DNA from: an uncultured Methanosarcinales archaeon
GTDB taxonomy: Archaea > Nanobdellota > Nanobdellia > Woesearchaeales > UBA12501
NCBI GenBank assembly: GCA_964397315.1
Contig: CAYNHV010000005.1
Coordinates: 1-64,000, forward strand
Direction of reading: 5' to 3'
DNA length: 64,000 nucleotides
Both the position numbers and the translations under genes were made by a program. This document shows, piece by piece, positions 40,062 to 50,600 of this stretch. Below the pieces are notes generated by a model, which was given only the letters and a program-made list of their open reading frames with translations, searched no databases and was not told the origin of the DNA. How positions within the stretch are numbered: position 1 is the first letter of the stretch; every line of letters starts with the position of its first letter.

Positions 40062-41246
40062 ATGGGATATCTAAAATTCAGGCTGGAAGCAGAAGACAGG
40101 GGCGCAAGAGCTGGAACCCTCAAGCTAAGGCACGGCATCATAAGGACTCCTGAGCTCATGCCTGTTGCCACAAAAGCAAGCGTAAAGGCTATCTCATCAG
40201 AGGATCTTGAGGAGCTGGGAACCCAGGTCATAATAGCCAACACCTACCATCTTATGCTCAGGCCGGGGGCCGACACAATAGCGGGCCACGGCGGAATACA
40301 CAGTTTCATGAACTGGAAAAAGCCTGTCATCACAGACTCAGGCGGGTTTCAGGCGTTCTCTTTGGGGCTGTCAAGAGAGCATGGTACAGGAAAGATGTTC
40401 TTTCCTGGAGGGGCAGACCCTGTTGCAAAGCCGAAGCCGAACATTGCAAGGATAAGCAGGAAGGGCATAAGGTTCAAGTCAGTGTATGACAGCTCATGGC
40501 AGAGCCTCACCCCTGAGAGGTCAATCAGGGTGCAGGAGAAGCTCGGAGGGGACATGATTCTCGCCCTGGATGAGTGCACATCCCCATTGTCTGACAGGGA
40601 CTATGTTGCCAAAAGCCTTGAAAGGACTCACAGGTGGGCAAAGGAGTGTCTTGACATCCACTCAACAGGCCAGGCAATAGCGGGAATAGTGCAGGGAGGC
40701 CACTGGAAAGACCTGAGGGAGAAGTCTGCACAGTACATAGGCAGCCTCGGCTTTGACTCAATCGCAATAGGGGGTTCTCTTGGAAGGTCAAAAAAGGACA
40801 TGCACAGCATCCTGGAGTGGGTTACTCCATGTCTTCCTGAAGCCAAGCCAAGGCACCTGCTCGGCATTGGCGTTGTTGAGGACATATTTGAGTCAGTGCA
40901 GAGGGGCATTGACCTGTTTGACTGCGTCACCCCAACAAGGATGGCAAGGATAGGCTATGCTTACCTGCGGCCTCCAACAGGAAAAAAGCAGAACAAGTTC
41001 AAGTACAAGCTTCTCTCTCTTGATTACGCGCATGACAACAAGCCTCTGGACCCGAACTGCAGGTGCGCTGTGTGCAGGAGATACTCAAGGTCATACGTGC
41101 ACCACCTGCTGAAGGTCAACGAGATGCTCGGCCACAAGCTCCTGAGCTACCACAACCTCCACTTCTTCACCCAGCTGATGAGGGAGATAAGGGAGGCCAT
41201 AGAGGCAGGGGCGCTTGAAAAGCTGAAGAGGGGATGGGGAATTTAG
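40062..41246 (+). CDS. tgt: Bacterial-type tRNA-guanine transglycosylase
   Basis: ANTYHL, TDSGGFQ, LDEC, GIVQGG, RHLLGIG, DLFDCV.PTR.AR, C.C..C...HN Zn site; no archaeal PUA domain. Confidence 0.95.
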   Translation: MGYLKFRLEAEDRGARAGTLKLRHGIIRTPELMPVATKASVKAISSEDLEELGTQVIIANTYHLMLRPGADTIAGHGGIHSFMNWKKPVITDSGGFQAFSLGLSREHGTGKMFFPGGADPVAKPKPNIARISRKGIRFKSVYDSSWQSLTPERSIRVQEKLGGDMILALDECTSPLSDRDYVAKSLERTHRWAKECLDIHSTGQAIAGIVQGGHWKDLREKSAQYIGSLGFDSIAIGGSLGRSKKDMHSILEWVTPCLPEAKPRHLLGIGVVEDIFESVQRGIDLFDCVTPTRMARIGYAYLRPPTGKKQNKFKYKLLSLDYAHDNKPLDPNCRCAVCRRYSRSYVHHLLKVNEMLGHKLLSYHNLHFFTQLMREIREAIEAGALEKLKRGWGI

Positions 41247-41341
41247 ATTAAAGAAATACGGCTTGCAAGAACGGAAATCCCACAGATGCTGCTTCTGTCC
41301 TGTTTGTGAGTTCTAAAAATGATGCTTGTTTTAGAAATAGG

Positions 41342-41556
41342 AATTCCTCCAGAGTTCTCCCCCTCCCTTGTCGCGATTACAAACTGATTTTTCCCGCCCC
41401 CCTCCCCCTCACACATGCTTAGCGCACCAACTCCACAGAGCGCTTTAAGCATATCATTGGGTGGGCTTATTAATGGCAGAAGAAAGAAGTTGTGCGGAGA
41501 CAGAAGGTGTGAACCTGCTAAGCAGTGGTGCAGTAAGGGTGGGAAGTACTATGATT
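41342..41556 (+). repeat. Repeat family C copy 2 (core, truncated array)
   Basis: 41373-41521 identical to 41609-41757. Confidence 0.92.
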
Positions 41557-41564
41557 AAAAGCCC

Positions 41565-42000
41565 CTCTAAGTGTTTTGGTTAATCCAGAGTTCTCCTCCT
41601 CCCCAGTAGCGATTACAAACTGATTTTTCCCGCCCCCCTCCCCCTCACACATGCTTAGCGCACCAACTCCACAGAGCGCTTTAAGCATATCATTGGGTGG
41701 GCTTATTAATGGCAGAAGAAAGAAGTTGTGCGGAGACAGAAGGTGTGAACCTGCTAAATAGTTGTGCAGAAAGGGTGGGAAGTACCATGATTTATTATCA
41801 TAAACAAGCCACTCTAAAGGCGGGAAGTACCATGATTTATTATCATAAATCTATTATCCCCAGGGGAGTACCAGGAATCATAATAATAAACAAAATAAAC
41901 AAAAAACAACTCTAAGGGTGGGAGGAATCTGGAATCATAAACACAAGCAAATTCTCTAAATAGCGGGAAGCGCCCGGAACAGTAACCATAAGCAGGCCTG
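41565..42000 (+). repeat. Repeat family C copy 3 (core plus ~5 array units)
   Basis: Core, then units starting about 41771, 41816, 41862, 41914, 41958. Confidence 0.92.
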
Positions 42001-42052
42001 TCAAGCCCATCTAAGAGCAAAAATTCCATGGAACATGGCGCATGGTCCTGCA

Positions 42053-42132
42053 GGTGCTGTCAAGTTGGATGTCTTGGAAGCCATCTGCCAGATAAGTGCA
42101 GCACCTCTTTTGGCACTTAACTTGACAGCACC
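42053..42132. mobile_element. 80-bp MITE with 14-bp TIRs and 9-bp target-site duplication
   Basis: GGTGCTGTCAAGTT (42053-66)/AACTTGACAGCACC (42119-32), flanked by GGTCCTGCA at 42044-52 and 42133-41. Confidence 0.85.
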
Positions 42133-42195
42133 GGTCCTGCATAAAATTAATAAAGGGGGGCTTATTTGACTGCTTACAAGCAGGGATTGTTCAAA

Positions 42196-42969
42196 ATGAT
42201 GTACAAGAAAGAAGGGTTTCCTGAGGAAAGCGAAATAGTGATATGCAGCGTGCTTAAGGTGCACCATAACACTGTATTCTGCCTGCTTGATGAGTATGAC
42301 AAGAAGGGCATAATCCACATCTCAGAGATCTCCCCAGGAAGGATAAGGAACATAAGGGATTATGTTGTTGAGGGCAAGAAGGTAATATGCAAGGTCCTGC
42401 GGATTGACAAGGCCAAGGGCCACATAGACCTCTCGCTCAGAAGGGTGAATGAGGGCCAGAGAAGGCAGAAGAGCAGCCAGCTGAAGCAGGAGCAGAAGGC
42501 AGAGAAGATGCTGGAGCTTGCCTGCAAGGAGGCGGGAGCTGACCTTCGGAAGACATATAAGGACATAATGGGCAGGATATCAGACAGGTATGAGACGCTT
42601 TACTCCTGCTTTGAGGATGTCATAGCAGGAAACTTCTCTGTCAGCGAGCTTAAGCTTGACAAAAAGATGGCAGAGTCCCTTGAGAACCTCATACGCACAA
42701 GGATAAAGCCGCCTGAGGTGGTCATAAGAAGCAGCATGCGCATAGAGAGCTATGATCCTGAGGGCATTGAGATAATAAAACAGGCTCTGAAGAAGGGAGA
42801 GCAGGAGAATACAGAGATAAGATACTCCGGAGGCGGAAGGTACTCAATGAGTGTCAAAGCCGAGGATTACAAGAGCGCAGAGAGCATTATGAAAAAGGCT
42901 GCTGACTCCGTAAGAGAGTATGTTGAGTCCCATAACAGCACCATTGAGATAACAAGAGAGGAGTCATGA
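42196..42969 (+). CDS. eif2a: Translation initiation factor 2 alpha subunit (aIF2a)
   Basis: S1 domain with LDEY...G.IHISEIS.GRIRNIRD, KVLRID..KGHIDLSLRRV; YDPEGIEIIK. Confidence 0.95.
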   Translation: MMYKKEGFPEESEIVICSVLKVHHNTVFCLLDEYDKKGIIHISEISPGRIRNIRDYVVEGKKVICKVLRIDKAKGHIDLSLRRVNEGQRRQKSSQLKQEQKAEKMLELACKEAGADLRKTYKDIMGRISDRYETLYSCFEDVIAGNFSVSELKLDKKMAESLENLIRTRIKPPEVVIRSSMRIESYDPEGIEIIKQALKKGEQENTEIRYSGGGRYSMSVKAEDYKSAESIMKKAADSVREYVESHNSTIEITREES

Positions 42970-43121
42970 TGAAACACCTTCTCAAGTGCGTCAAGTGCGG
43001 AAGCTACACGCTGAAGCAGGAGCACTGCGGGCAGAAGACAGCAAGCCCCAGGCCCCCCAAGTACTCTCCTGAGGACAGGTATGCCAGCTACAGGAGAAAG
43101 GCCAAGGGCATCTCTGAGTGA
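42966..43121 (+). CDS. nop10: H/ACA RNP protein Nop10 (not in the ORF track; 51 aa)
   Basis: MMKHLLKCVKCGSYTLKQEHCGQKTASPRPPKYSPEDRYASYRRKAKGISE; overlaps the aIF2a stop as in the usual archaeal operon. Confidence 0.92.
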   Translation: MMKHLLKCVKCGSYTLKQEHCGQKTASPRPPKYSPEDRYASYRRKAKGISE

Positions 43122-43286
43122 GTGATGTTGTAGAATAGCCCTCCAGAGCATTCTGATCTAATATTATTAACTTCTCCTGAGTTCTCCTCCAGAAGCATTA
43201 CTCAGTTCACGCGTAAGCGGGATTAAGCGCAGTGAAATCCCACAAAAAGCGCAATTTAAAAGAGGCACTATACTTAAAAAATCTCC

Positions 43287-43680
43287 TCTAAGTGTTTTGG
43301 TTAATCCAGAGTTCTCCACCGCCCTCATCACAGTTACAGATGGACAAATCCCGCCCTCCATCCCCCTCACATATGCTCAGAGCACCAACTCCACAGAGCA
43401 CTTTAAGCAAATTAAGGGGCGGGCTTATTGGTGGAAGAAGGAGTAAGTTGTGCTTTTCCAGAAGGTGTGAGCCTGCTAAATAGTTGTGCAGTAAGGGTGG
43501 GAATTACCATGAGCTATCAGCATTAACCCAGCCTCGCAAGGGCGGGAAGTACCTGGAATCATAACCATAAACAAGCTATTCTAAACACTCTAAAGGCGGG
43601 AATTATCTGGAGTTACTAAAGCAAAAGACTCAAAACCCAATCAGAGTGGGAATCAGCAGGACTCATAAATAATAAGGGGC
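43287..43680 (+). repeat. Repeat family C copy 4 (core plus ~4 array units)
   Basis: Shares ctctaagtgttttggttaatccagagttctcc with copy 3; units from 43493, 43538, 43592. Confidence 0.9.
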
Positions 43681-43697
43681 CTTTATCAGTTTCCATC

Positions 43698-45587
43698 TCA
43701 GTCATTGACAAGCACTTCAACGTCCTTGCCAAACACCCTCTTGAGGTCCTCAAATATGGGCTCTTTTATGAAGGCCTTTGGAGGCATTTCATACTTTGCT
43801 ATTGCCTTCTCAAGATCCAGGAGAGAAGAGCCTGATATTGTGCCCAGGCTGCCGTCCTCTTTTATTTTTGCCTTTGATATCTCCTTCTCCTCCTTGTCAA
43901 TGTCATGGATTATGAAGGCGGTGTCCTCCAGCATTATGACCTCTCCGTACCTGTTGCCGTGCTTCACCCTTATCTTGGCCCTTTCCAGCTCCTTCCCCCT
44001 CTTCCTCTGCATGTACTCAACAAGGAATTTTATGAGCTGGGTGGACTGCTTCTTGACAGTGCTCACCTCTGACTTTGTGAGCTTCCCTGCCTCGTAATCA
44101 TCCTTTGCCTTCTCAATCGTCTTCATCATCCTGAGGTATTTCTCAGGAACCTTTCCTGAGTGCACTAGCTCCCTCTCAAATATGCCCACTGCCTCCTCTG
44201 CCTTTGCCTTCTCAATGCCCTCTATCTTGAGAATGTCCCTTATTGTGCTGACCACAGTGTCATAAGTCTTGAGCATGGACTCCTCTTCCTTCATGTTCTC
44301 TATCTGGCTGAAAAGCTTCTTTATCCTCTTGAGATACTTGTCTGACGCGTCAAGAAGCTCGTCAACATCCTTTCCTGTGACTTTCTTTTTTGTGCCGTGC
44401 TCCACGTCCTTTCTTATCCTGATGACCTTCTCAAGGGTTGCGACGAACTTGTCCTCCATGAGATTCTCCTTTTTCACGAATATGTCCCTCATGAGGTCCG
44501 GAGTCTCCTTTGGAGTCGGAGGAGGAATGCCGTAAAGCATGAGCGCAGCCTGCGACGGAGTCAGCAAAGCGTAGAACATGTCCTCAACAGCCACGTCCTT
44601 GAGCTTTGTGCCCACCCTCTGGAGCATCTGCTCTCCTGAGCTCATGTACATCTCTATTGCCTCCATTGAGGGCTTTACCTTTCCCATCTTCAGGAGCTGC
44701 TTCCAGGGCATGAATATTCCCCTGTCGTAGAACGGCACCCCGTCCCTGAGGAAGGTGAATATTATGGGGTTTGCCTCCTTTATGCTGTCCCAGAAGTCAG
44801 TGAGTATGTACACCTGGATGTTCAGCTTGTTCTTTATGCCTGTCATCTCACCTGCTTCAATGCCCATTCCTATTATAATCGCCCTGAGCTTGTCCTTCAG
44901 CTCTGCCCTTGTCATCCTCTTAACATCGGTATCATCTATGACAACAAACACGTCAATGTCTGACGTCTTTGTCGCCCTTCCCTGAACAAGGCTTCCGGCA
45001 AGAACATAGCTCACGATGTACTTCTCAAACTTCTTCAGGACCATTGACTTGTGAATCTCGGATATCTTGATGGCAGCGAGCATGCCTGTGTCGTATATGA
45101 TAGCCCCCATTGCAATAAGCTGGAGCAGGTCATACTTTGAGTCATAGCAGGACTGCCACAGCTCTGACAGTATGATTGTCTGCACAGAAAGGTTCTTGTT
45201 GATTTCCTCTGCTGTCTTCTGTATTATTGTCTGGAGCTTCTGCTTGAGCTCCTGCTTGGACATCTTCTGGCTGTCAGAATCATCCACAAGAACGAGCACG
45301 TTAATCCTGCTCTTGTCAGGCTCTCCGTCCTTGTCCTTCTGAGGAGGAAGAAGCGAGATGCCCATTATGTACTTGTCAAACCTCTTGACAACCTGCTTCT
45401 GGAATCCCTCAAGCTCTGACTTGATGCTTTTAAGCCTGTCCTGAACCTCCTTGGGAAGGTTCTTCTCTATCTCAGCAGCAGAGGCCTCTGACTCCTGCTG
45501 ATCCTTCTTCTTGCTTTCCCTGCCTGCCTTTCCGGTAATATTATCCCCTGTGTCCTTATTATCCTTATTACCCTTCTTCCCTGCCAT
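43698..45587 (-). CDS. Tandem nucleotidyltransferase + HEPN-like domain protein
   Basis: Degenerate first NT (INVLVLVDD), intact second NT (LAGSLVQGRA...SDIDVFVVIDD), then helical YA.L.P.QAALM.YG HEPN-like region. Confidence 0.82.
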   Translation of the reverse strand: MAGKKGNKDNKDTGDNITGKAGRESKKKDQQESEASAAEIEKNLPKEVQDRLKSIKSELEGFQKQVVKRFDKYIMGISLLPPQKDKDGEPDKSRINVLVLVDDSDSQKMSKQELKQKLQTIIQKTAEEINKNLSVQTIILSELWQSCYDSKYDLLQLIAMGAIIYDTGMLAAIKISEIHKSMVLKKFEKYIVSYVLAGSLVQGRATKTSDIDVFVVIDDTDVKRMTRAELKDKLRAIIIGMGIEAGEMTGIKNKLNIQVYILTDFWDSIKEANPIIFTFLRDGVPFYDRGIFMPWKQLLKMGKVKPSMEAIEMYMSSGEQMLQRVGTKLKDVAVEDMFYALLTPSQAALMLYGIPPPTPKETPDLMRDIFVKKENLMEDKFVATLEKVIRIRKDVEHGTKKKVTGKDVDELLDASDKYLKRIKKLFSQIENMKEEESMLKTYDTVVSTIRDILKIEGIEKAKAEEAVGIFERELVHSGKVPEKYLRMMKTIEKAKDDYEAGKLTKSEVSTVKKQSTQLIKFLVEYMQRKRGKELERAKIRVKHGNRYGEVIMLEDTAFIIHDIDKEEKEISKAKIKEDGSLGTISGSSLLDLEKAIAKYEMPPKAFIKEPIFEDLKRVFGKDVEVLVND

Positions 45588-45867
45588 TATAAGCACCTCA
45601 AAAGCTGATTATCCCAATAAGAGCCTGTTATCTGGTCTTAGCATGGTAACATCACAATCATTTATAAATACTCTGGGAATAAAGTATACAATACTGTGAC
45701 ACAAAAGTCATAGCTTATGGTAGCTTCTGGTAGCTTCTGGTCTACGCAGGACAGGCCAGGAACATACCTGAAAAGGCTCCAGAAAGGCCTCCAGAACGCC
45801 CTCATAAGAGATTTCTCACTCTACAAAAGCGAAAGATTTATATTGTAGGGAGGCTGATTGAGACATT

Positions 45868-46740
45868 ATGCCAGACGAAGACAAAGGAAAGGAGATGTAT
45901 GACAAGGTATACAAGAGCGCTTCTGATGTAACAAAAAACATAGAGGATGTTGTCAAGCCAGGAAGCCTTGAGGATTTCAACCAGCTCAAGAAATGCTATG
46001 AAGAATTCAGCAATCCTGAGAGCGCCCACCAGCAGCTTCTTCAAAACGGTGTTGATTACATCTTTAACGGCCATCATGATGAAAAGCTAAGCAAGCACCT
46101 GCCCGGAGCTAAGAACAAGGCGCTTCAGGAGCTGGACAAGCTTAAGGCATCCGAAGACGGCAAGATTGAAGACAGGGAAGGCATCATGAGAGTTCTCTCA
46201 ACATACATGGACGAAGTCTTAAAGCATTATTATGGAGAAAAAGGCTTTGAAGTAATAAAAGAAGAGATAGACAAAATGAAAGATTACGGCAAGTCAGAAG
46301 AGGAGATATTCAGGGCAAGAGCAAGCAAGTTTGACGCGATTGCAGGAGGCCGTCAGCCAAAGCATGGGAATGTAAGCATTGAAAGTCTTCTGGAATCTCT
46401 TGATGGTAAAAAGAAGCATGATGCAGAAAGCATACTAAAAGAGCAGAGTGAAATACACAAAGAGGCCTATCTTCATAATAATGCGGGCCAGGTAATGCAA
46501 AAATACCTCAAGCAGGAACACCATCCAAACTGGCTCGGACAGGCAAGAAGGACAGCAAAAGCCAATGAGTTTGAGCAGACTGATACCCTGGCACACAAAA
46601 GGGTGGAAGAGCTGGCAAGTATTCACTCAGGCATGAAATATGGTTTTATGTCTGATGAAGAACTAAAGAAGCACGGCTTCAAGAAGAAAGAGGAGGCAAA
46701 GAAGGAAGAGGAAACTGAAGACCTCGATGAAGCTGCCTGA
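45868..46740 (+). CDS. Hypothetical charged helical protein
   Basis: 290-aa ORF after GAAAGATTTATA BRE/TATA. Confidence 0.75.
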   Translation: MPDEDKGKEMYDKVYKSASDVTKNIEDVVKPGSLEDFNQLKKCYEEFSNPESAHQQLLQNGVDYIFNGHHDEKLSKHLPGAKNKALQELDKLKASEDGKIEDREGIMRVLSTYMDEVLKHYYGEKGFEVIKEEIDKMKDYGKSEEEIFRARASKFDAIAGGRQPKHGNVSIESLLESLDGKKKHDAESILKEQSEIHKEAYLHNNAGQVMQKYLKQEHHPNWLGQARRTAKANEFEQTDTLAHKRVEELASIHSGMKYGFMSDEELKKHGFKKKEEAKKEEETEDLDEAA

Positions 46741-46782
46741 TCTCCTGCTAATCTTTCCTTTTTAATTGCTTTCTTTGAAGAT

Positions 46783-47628
46783 TTATGAATTTTCTCTGCT
46801 AACACCAACAAACATCACTCTCGCCCATGCAGCAAGAGGGATGAACAATGCCAGGCCGAGCAGGACTGTCCAGAACAGGTCAAGGCCCGCGAGCATGAGT
46901 ATGGCATAGACAACCGCTGTTTTTATTATTATGAGAGCATAGGCAGGAACAAAATGCTTGGCATTTATTATTCCTGCAGTATACGCCCCCTTTACAGCAT
47001 CTTTCAGCTTTCTGTCAAGCATTGAGAAAGTCACAAAGGCGAAGTACAGCACAATGAGAAGCATTATCCCCATGAGCTTTGCAAGTGTCTCAACACTGAT
47101 GAGCTCAACACTGCCCACAACTGCGAGGCCTGAAAGCTTCACAAGGCCGTAGGCTATAAGAAGAAACACAGCAGCCCATGCAAGGCTCATGATGCTGAAC
47201 CTCTGCTGGTACCTGCACCATGACACCCTGTTCCTGAGCCTCTGGTGGGCAAGCCACCAGCTTGTTCCCTGGAACACGCACCATATGGCATAAGTGCATA
47301 ACGCGAGCAGGAGAAGCAACAGCAACAGCCTGGTGAAGTTCTCCATGAGGATGTCCTTGTGGGCTGCAAGCGCTGTCATTGTGCCGTTGTCAGGCATTCC
47401 GCTTCCTGAAGGCAGGCTTCCGCTCATGGCTGATATTATGATGTTTATCCTGTTCAGGACATCAACAATCCTGAGCGAGAAGAATGTGTAGATGATTGCG
47501 AATGCTGCGAAGAACCCAAGGTCTGAGGCAGCTGACTTGAGCATGAAAGAAAGTCTTTTTACATTATCATATGAGCCTTTCAAGGCTGCAAGGAAAGGCA
47601 GCCTCTTCAGTTTTTTTGCTGATATCAT
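46783..47628 (-). CDS. Polytopic membrane protein (paralog of 55874-56737)
   Basis: About 6 TM; ASDLGFF, RF....LAW, A.KGAY..G motifs shared with the paralog. Confidence 0.8.
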   Translation of the reverse strand: MISAKKLKRLPFLAALKGSYDNVKRLSFMLKSAASDLGFFAAFAIIYTFFSLRIVDVLNRINIIISAMSGSLPSGSGMPDNGTMTALAAHKDILMENFTRLLLLLLLLALCTYAIWCVFQGTSWWLAHQRLRNRVSWCRYQQRFSIMSLAWAAVFLLIAYGLVKLSGLAVVGSVELISVETLAKLMGIMLLIVLYFAFVTFSMLDRKLKDAVKGAYTAGIINAKHFVPAYALIIIKTAVVYAILMLAGLDLFWTVLLGLALFIPLAAWARVMFVGVSRENS

Positions 47629-47655
47629 TCTTCAACCCCCTTTTGACTGCCCAGC

Positions 47656-50600
47656 TCATGAGGCCTGCATGCACATGAACTCTCCCTGGTCTGACCTTTT
47701 GCAGACTTTTTCTGTACAGTCCTCAACATTTCCCATGTCATCGCAGCCGCACCAGTACCTCTCTCCAATCCTGACCCTGTTGTTGTTGTCTGTGTTTTCA
47801 TCCACTTTCTGCTCAAGAGGGCATGGCTTGTAGTCATGGACAGAAACCTCATTGTTTGTCCTGTCAAGATGGCAGAACTGGCCCGGCTCTGCTGTCTCGC
47901 CCTCTCCGCTGCCGCTGCCCACACACACGCATTCTTTATCAACAAGAACGTCATACTGGCAGACAGGATTCTTGTCTGTCTCGCTGCACACCACCTTTAC
48001 AGGAAGCTCGTGATACTGCCCCTCTCCATAATATTCCACAAGCTGGTTGCTGGGCTCCCTTGCGCAGTTTGAGTGGCTGTAGGGCTCTGAGTCATCAATC
48101 CTTGAGCACCTGTACAGGCCCATTGCAAATGTCCACTCCTTTGGATTTGAGAGATCCCACTTGTCCTCGCAGAGCTCTGTGAGCTCTGTCTCAGGAGGGG
48201 CGTAATCAATGACAAAGCCTGAGTTCTCGTTCTCCTTTACTGTTTCAGAGTCAATGTTTCCCATCTTTACTCCTTTGTACTCAACAATGAGTTTTGAGCC
48301 TGTGGTGCCTTTGGTTTCTGCACTGTCATCATCTCCAAGGCCGTGGCAGTCAGGATTCCTGAATGCCCTCCCCTTGTCTGTCTGCTCAATGTTGCCGTCG
48401 CACACCTCAACCAGGTCCTTGTGCGCCTCATATATGTCCTTGCCTTCATCATTGGTCTCAAGGGTGACAGCCCCTCTCTTGAACCTCACGTAAAAGTCAG
48501 ACACCGCTGTAGGGCTGTCCAGGTCCACCACAGAACCCCTTATCTTGTTCAGGTTCTGCACTGAAACATCAGAGACAGTGTAGGTTCCCCTCACAGCAGC
48601 TCCCATGATGGCATCCTCTGTGACCTCAAACCCGCCAGATGGTATGGTATGGGTCATTGTGCCGTCCCTCACTATTCTCTTGTAGCCTTCATGCAGTATT
48701 GTAGAGCCGTCCTTTATTGCATAAACCAGGAAGAATGGTATCTGCTTGTCAGTGTCAGCCTCTGGGCTGTTGGAATCAAAGCCAGGGCTCCTCTTCTCCA
48801 CCTTTGCATCAGCCATTATCCTGTCTCCTACAGCATAAGGCGTTGTCTTTAAGAGCTCAGGAGCTCCTATGAACCCTGCATGGCCTATGTCGCCCACTGT
48901 GAACCCGCACCTGAACTCTCCTGCTGCAAGGTCAAAACTGCACTCTGCAGGAGGCCTTCCCCCTATTATTGTTGTCTTCTCCTCTATCTTGCCCCCTTCT
49001 GCTCCCTCAACATCCTCTGTGGGATCCCACACAAGCCTGACAGTGTCATACCTGTAAGGATGCTCCCTCACCTTCACGTAAACATCGCCGTCATTCGGCC
49101 CTATCATCTCGCCAGCGCTCAGGTAGCCTGCGCCGAGCTGGTTTGTTATGTCATGCACCTGCTCTCCCTTTCCGGCGCAGTCACATCTTCCTCCCATGAA
49201 TCCCTCAGACGGGTTGCAGTCGTGAGTGTCTGAGCACACAAGATAGAGGTGGTAATTAAGGTCAGTGCCTGCTGACATCCCAACCCCTATGTGGTATGTC
49301 CATGTCGCGTATCCTTTCTTCAGGGGATTGCTGCCCATGAACCTTCTTGTGTGGGGGTAGACAAACGCCTGCGTTTCCAGGGGTATTGTTCCCACTCCTG
49401 AAAGCATGCCTCCGATGTCAAAGTCAAAGTCTCCTGTAAAGGCAAAGAGGCAGACTGAAGTCATAAGCTGCCTCTCATTGAACATTGTGTTGTAGAGGCC
49501 TGTATCACCATACCTTCCTGTTATGTCCTCCTGTATGCCCCTTCCTGACTCTGCAATTGCCTTTGCAAACCCTCCGGGCCCGCTGTAGTCAGTATCCCTT
49601 GACTCTCCCACCCCGTATGCCTGGACAAAGCACCTTATTGCCTTGTATATGAGGTCGCAGACATACTGGGCCAGCACTGCCCTGCACACTCCGGGGCTTC
49701 CGTCTCCTGTCAGGAGTATTGTCTCAAAGCACTGCTTTACCTGCACAAGTATGTTCCTCCAGAGCTGGAGGTGGCCGTTTATTGCAGGAAGGCAGGCGCA
49801 CTTAACTGAGTTAACCAGCCCTTTTGTCGGGTTGACAACATACTCCCTCTGGCTCTCGTGATAATCATCCTGCATTGATGACGGAGTCTGGTTGCCCCTG
49901 CCCGCGCAGCTGGCATAAACAGGAGTCCCTCTTACTCTTCCCTCAGCGCCAACCTCGCTTCCGAGCTGGTATATTATGCCTGAGCTCTGGTCTATTGCGC
50001 AGCTGCTTATTGTTTTTCTCCCAATATCGCCTCCTCCTGAGAAGCACTGGCTGTCGCTTCTCTTGTACAGCATAAGCGGCCTGTCTCCGGGCTCAACAAT
50101 CGCCATGACCTCTTGAGTATAAGCTCTCCTGTTTCCCCCTGATACAACGTAAACATTCCTGTTGTTGACTGTTCCCAGATAGCCTGGGCAATCAGGGTTT
50201 GGCCTTGACCTCTCATGCTGCCTATCAATCCCTGCCTCTGTCTCGGTTCCTGCCTCCTCAACCTTGCAGTAATACCAGTTTCCTGAGTTGTCCTTGCACA
50301 CAGCAGTCCTGTCATACTGGACAATGTTGACATTGCTGTCCTCCCCGCCTGCCTTGCTGCAGAGGTTGGACATGCTCATTGACCTCATGAAGTTCTTGAC
50401 ATCATTCTCGCATGAGGGCAGCGAGGAGAGTCCCTCATGGCCTGACTCCATTGCAAGGAGGCATTTTGACTCTGTGAGCTCATTCCTTATGCCCACGCAT
50501 GCAGAGTCCCAGTCATTCATGTACTGCTGGCCGCAGCACTGCTCTGAAGATCCTTCTCCTTCCTCGCAGTTGATTGCTGTTGTGACTGCCTGCTGGAAGT

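Noticed and set aside
41373..41757. DGR template/variable repeat pair
   Set aside because: The copies are identical rather than differing at adenines, are intergenic, and there is no reverse transcriptase in the window
41771..42000. CRISPR array
   Set aside because: Units are degenerate and variable in length, with no identical repeat plus unique spacer structure; no cas genes in the window
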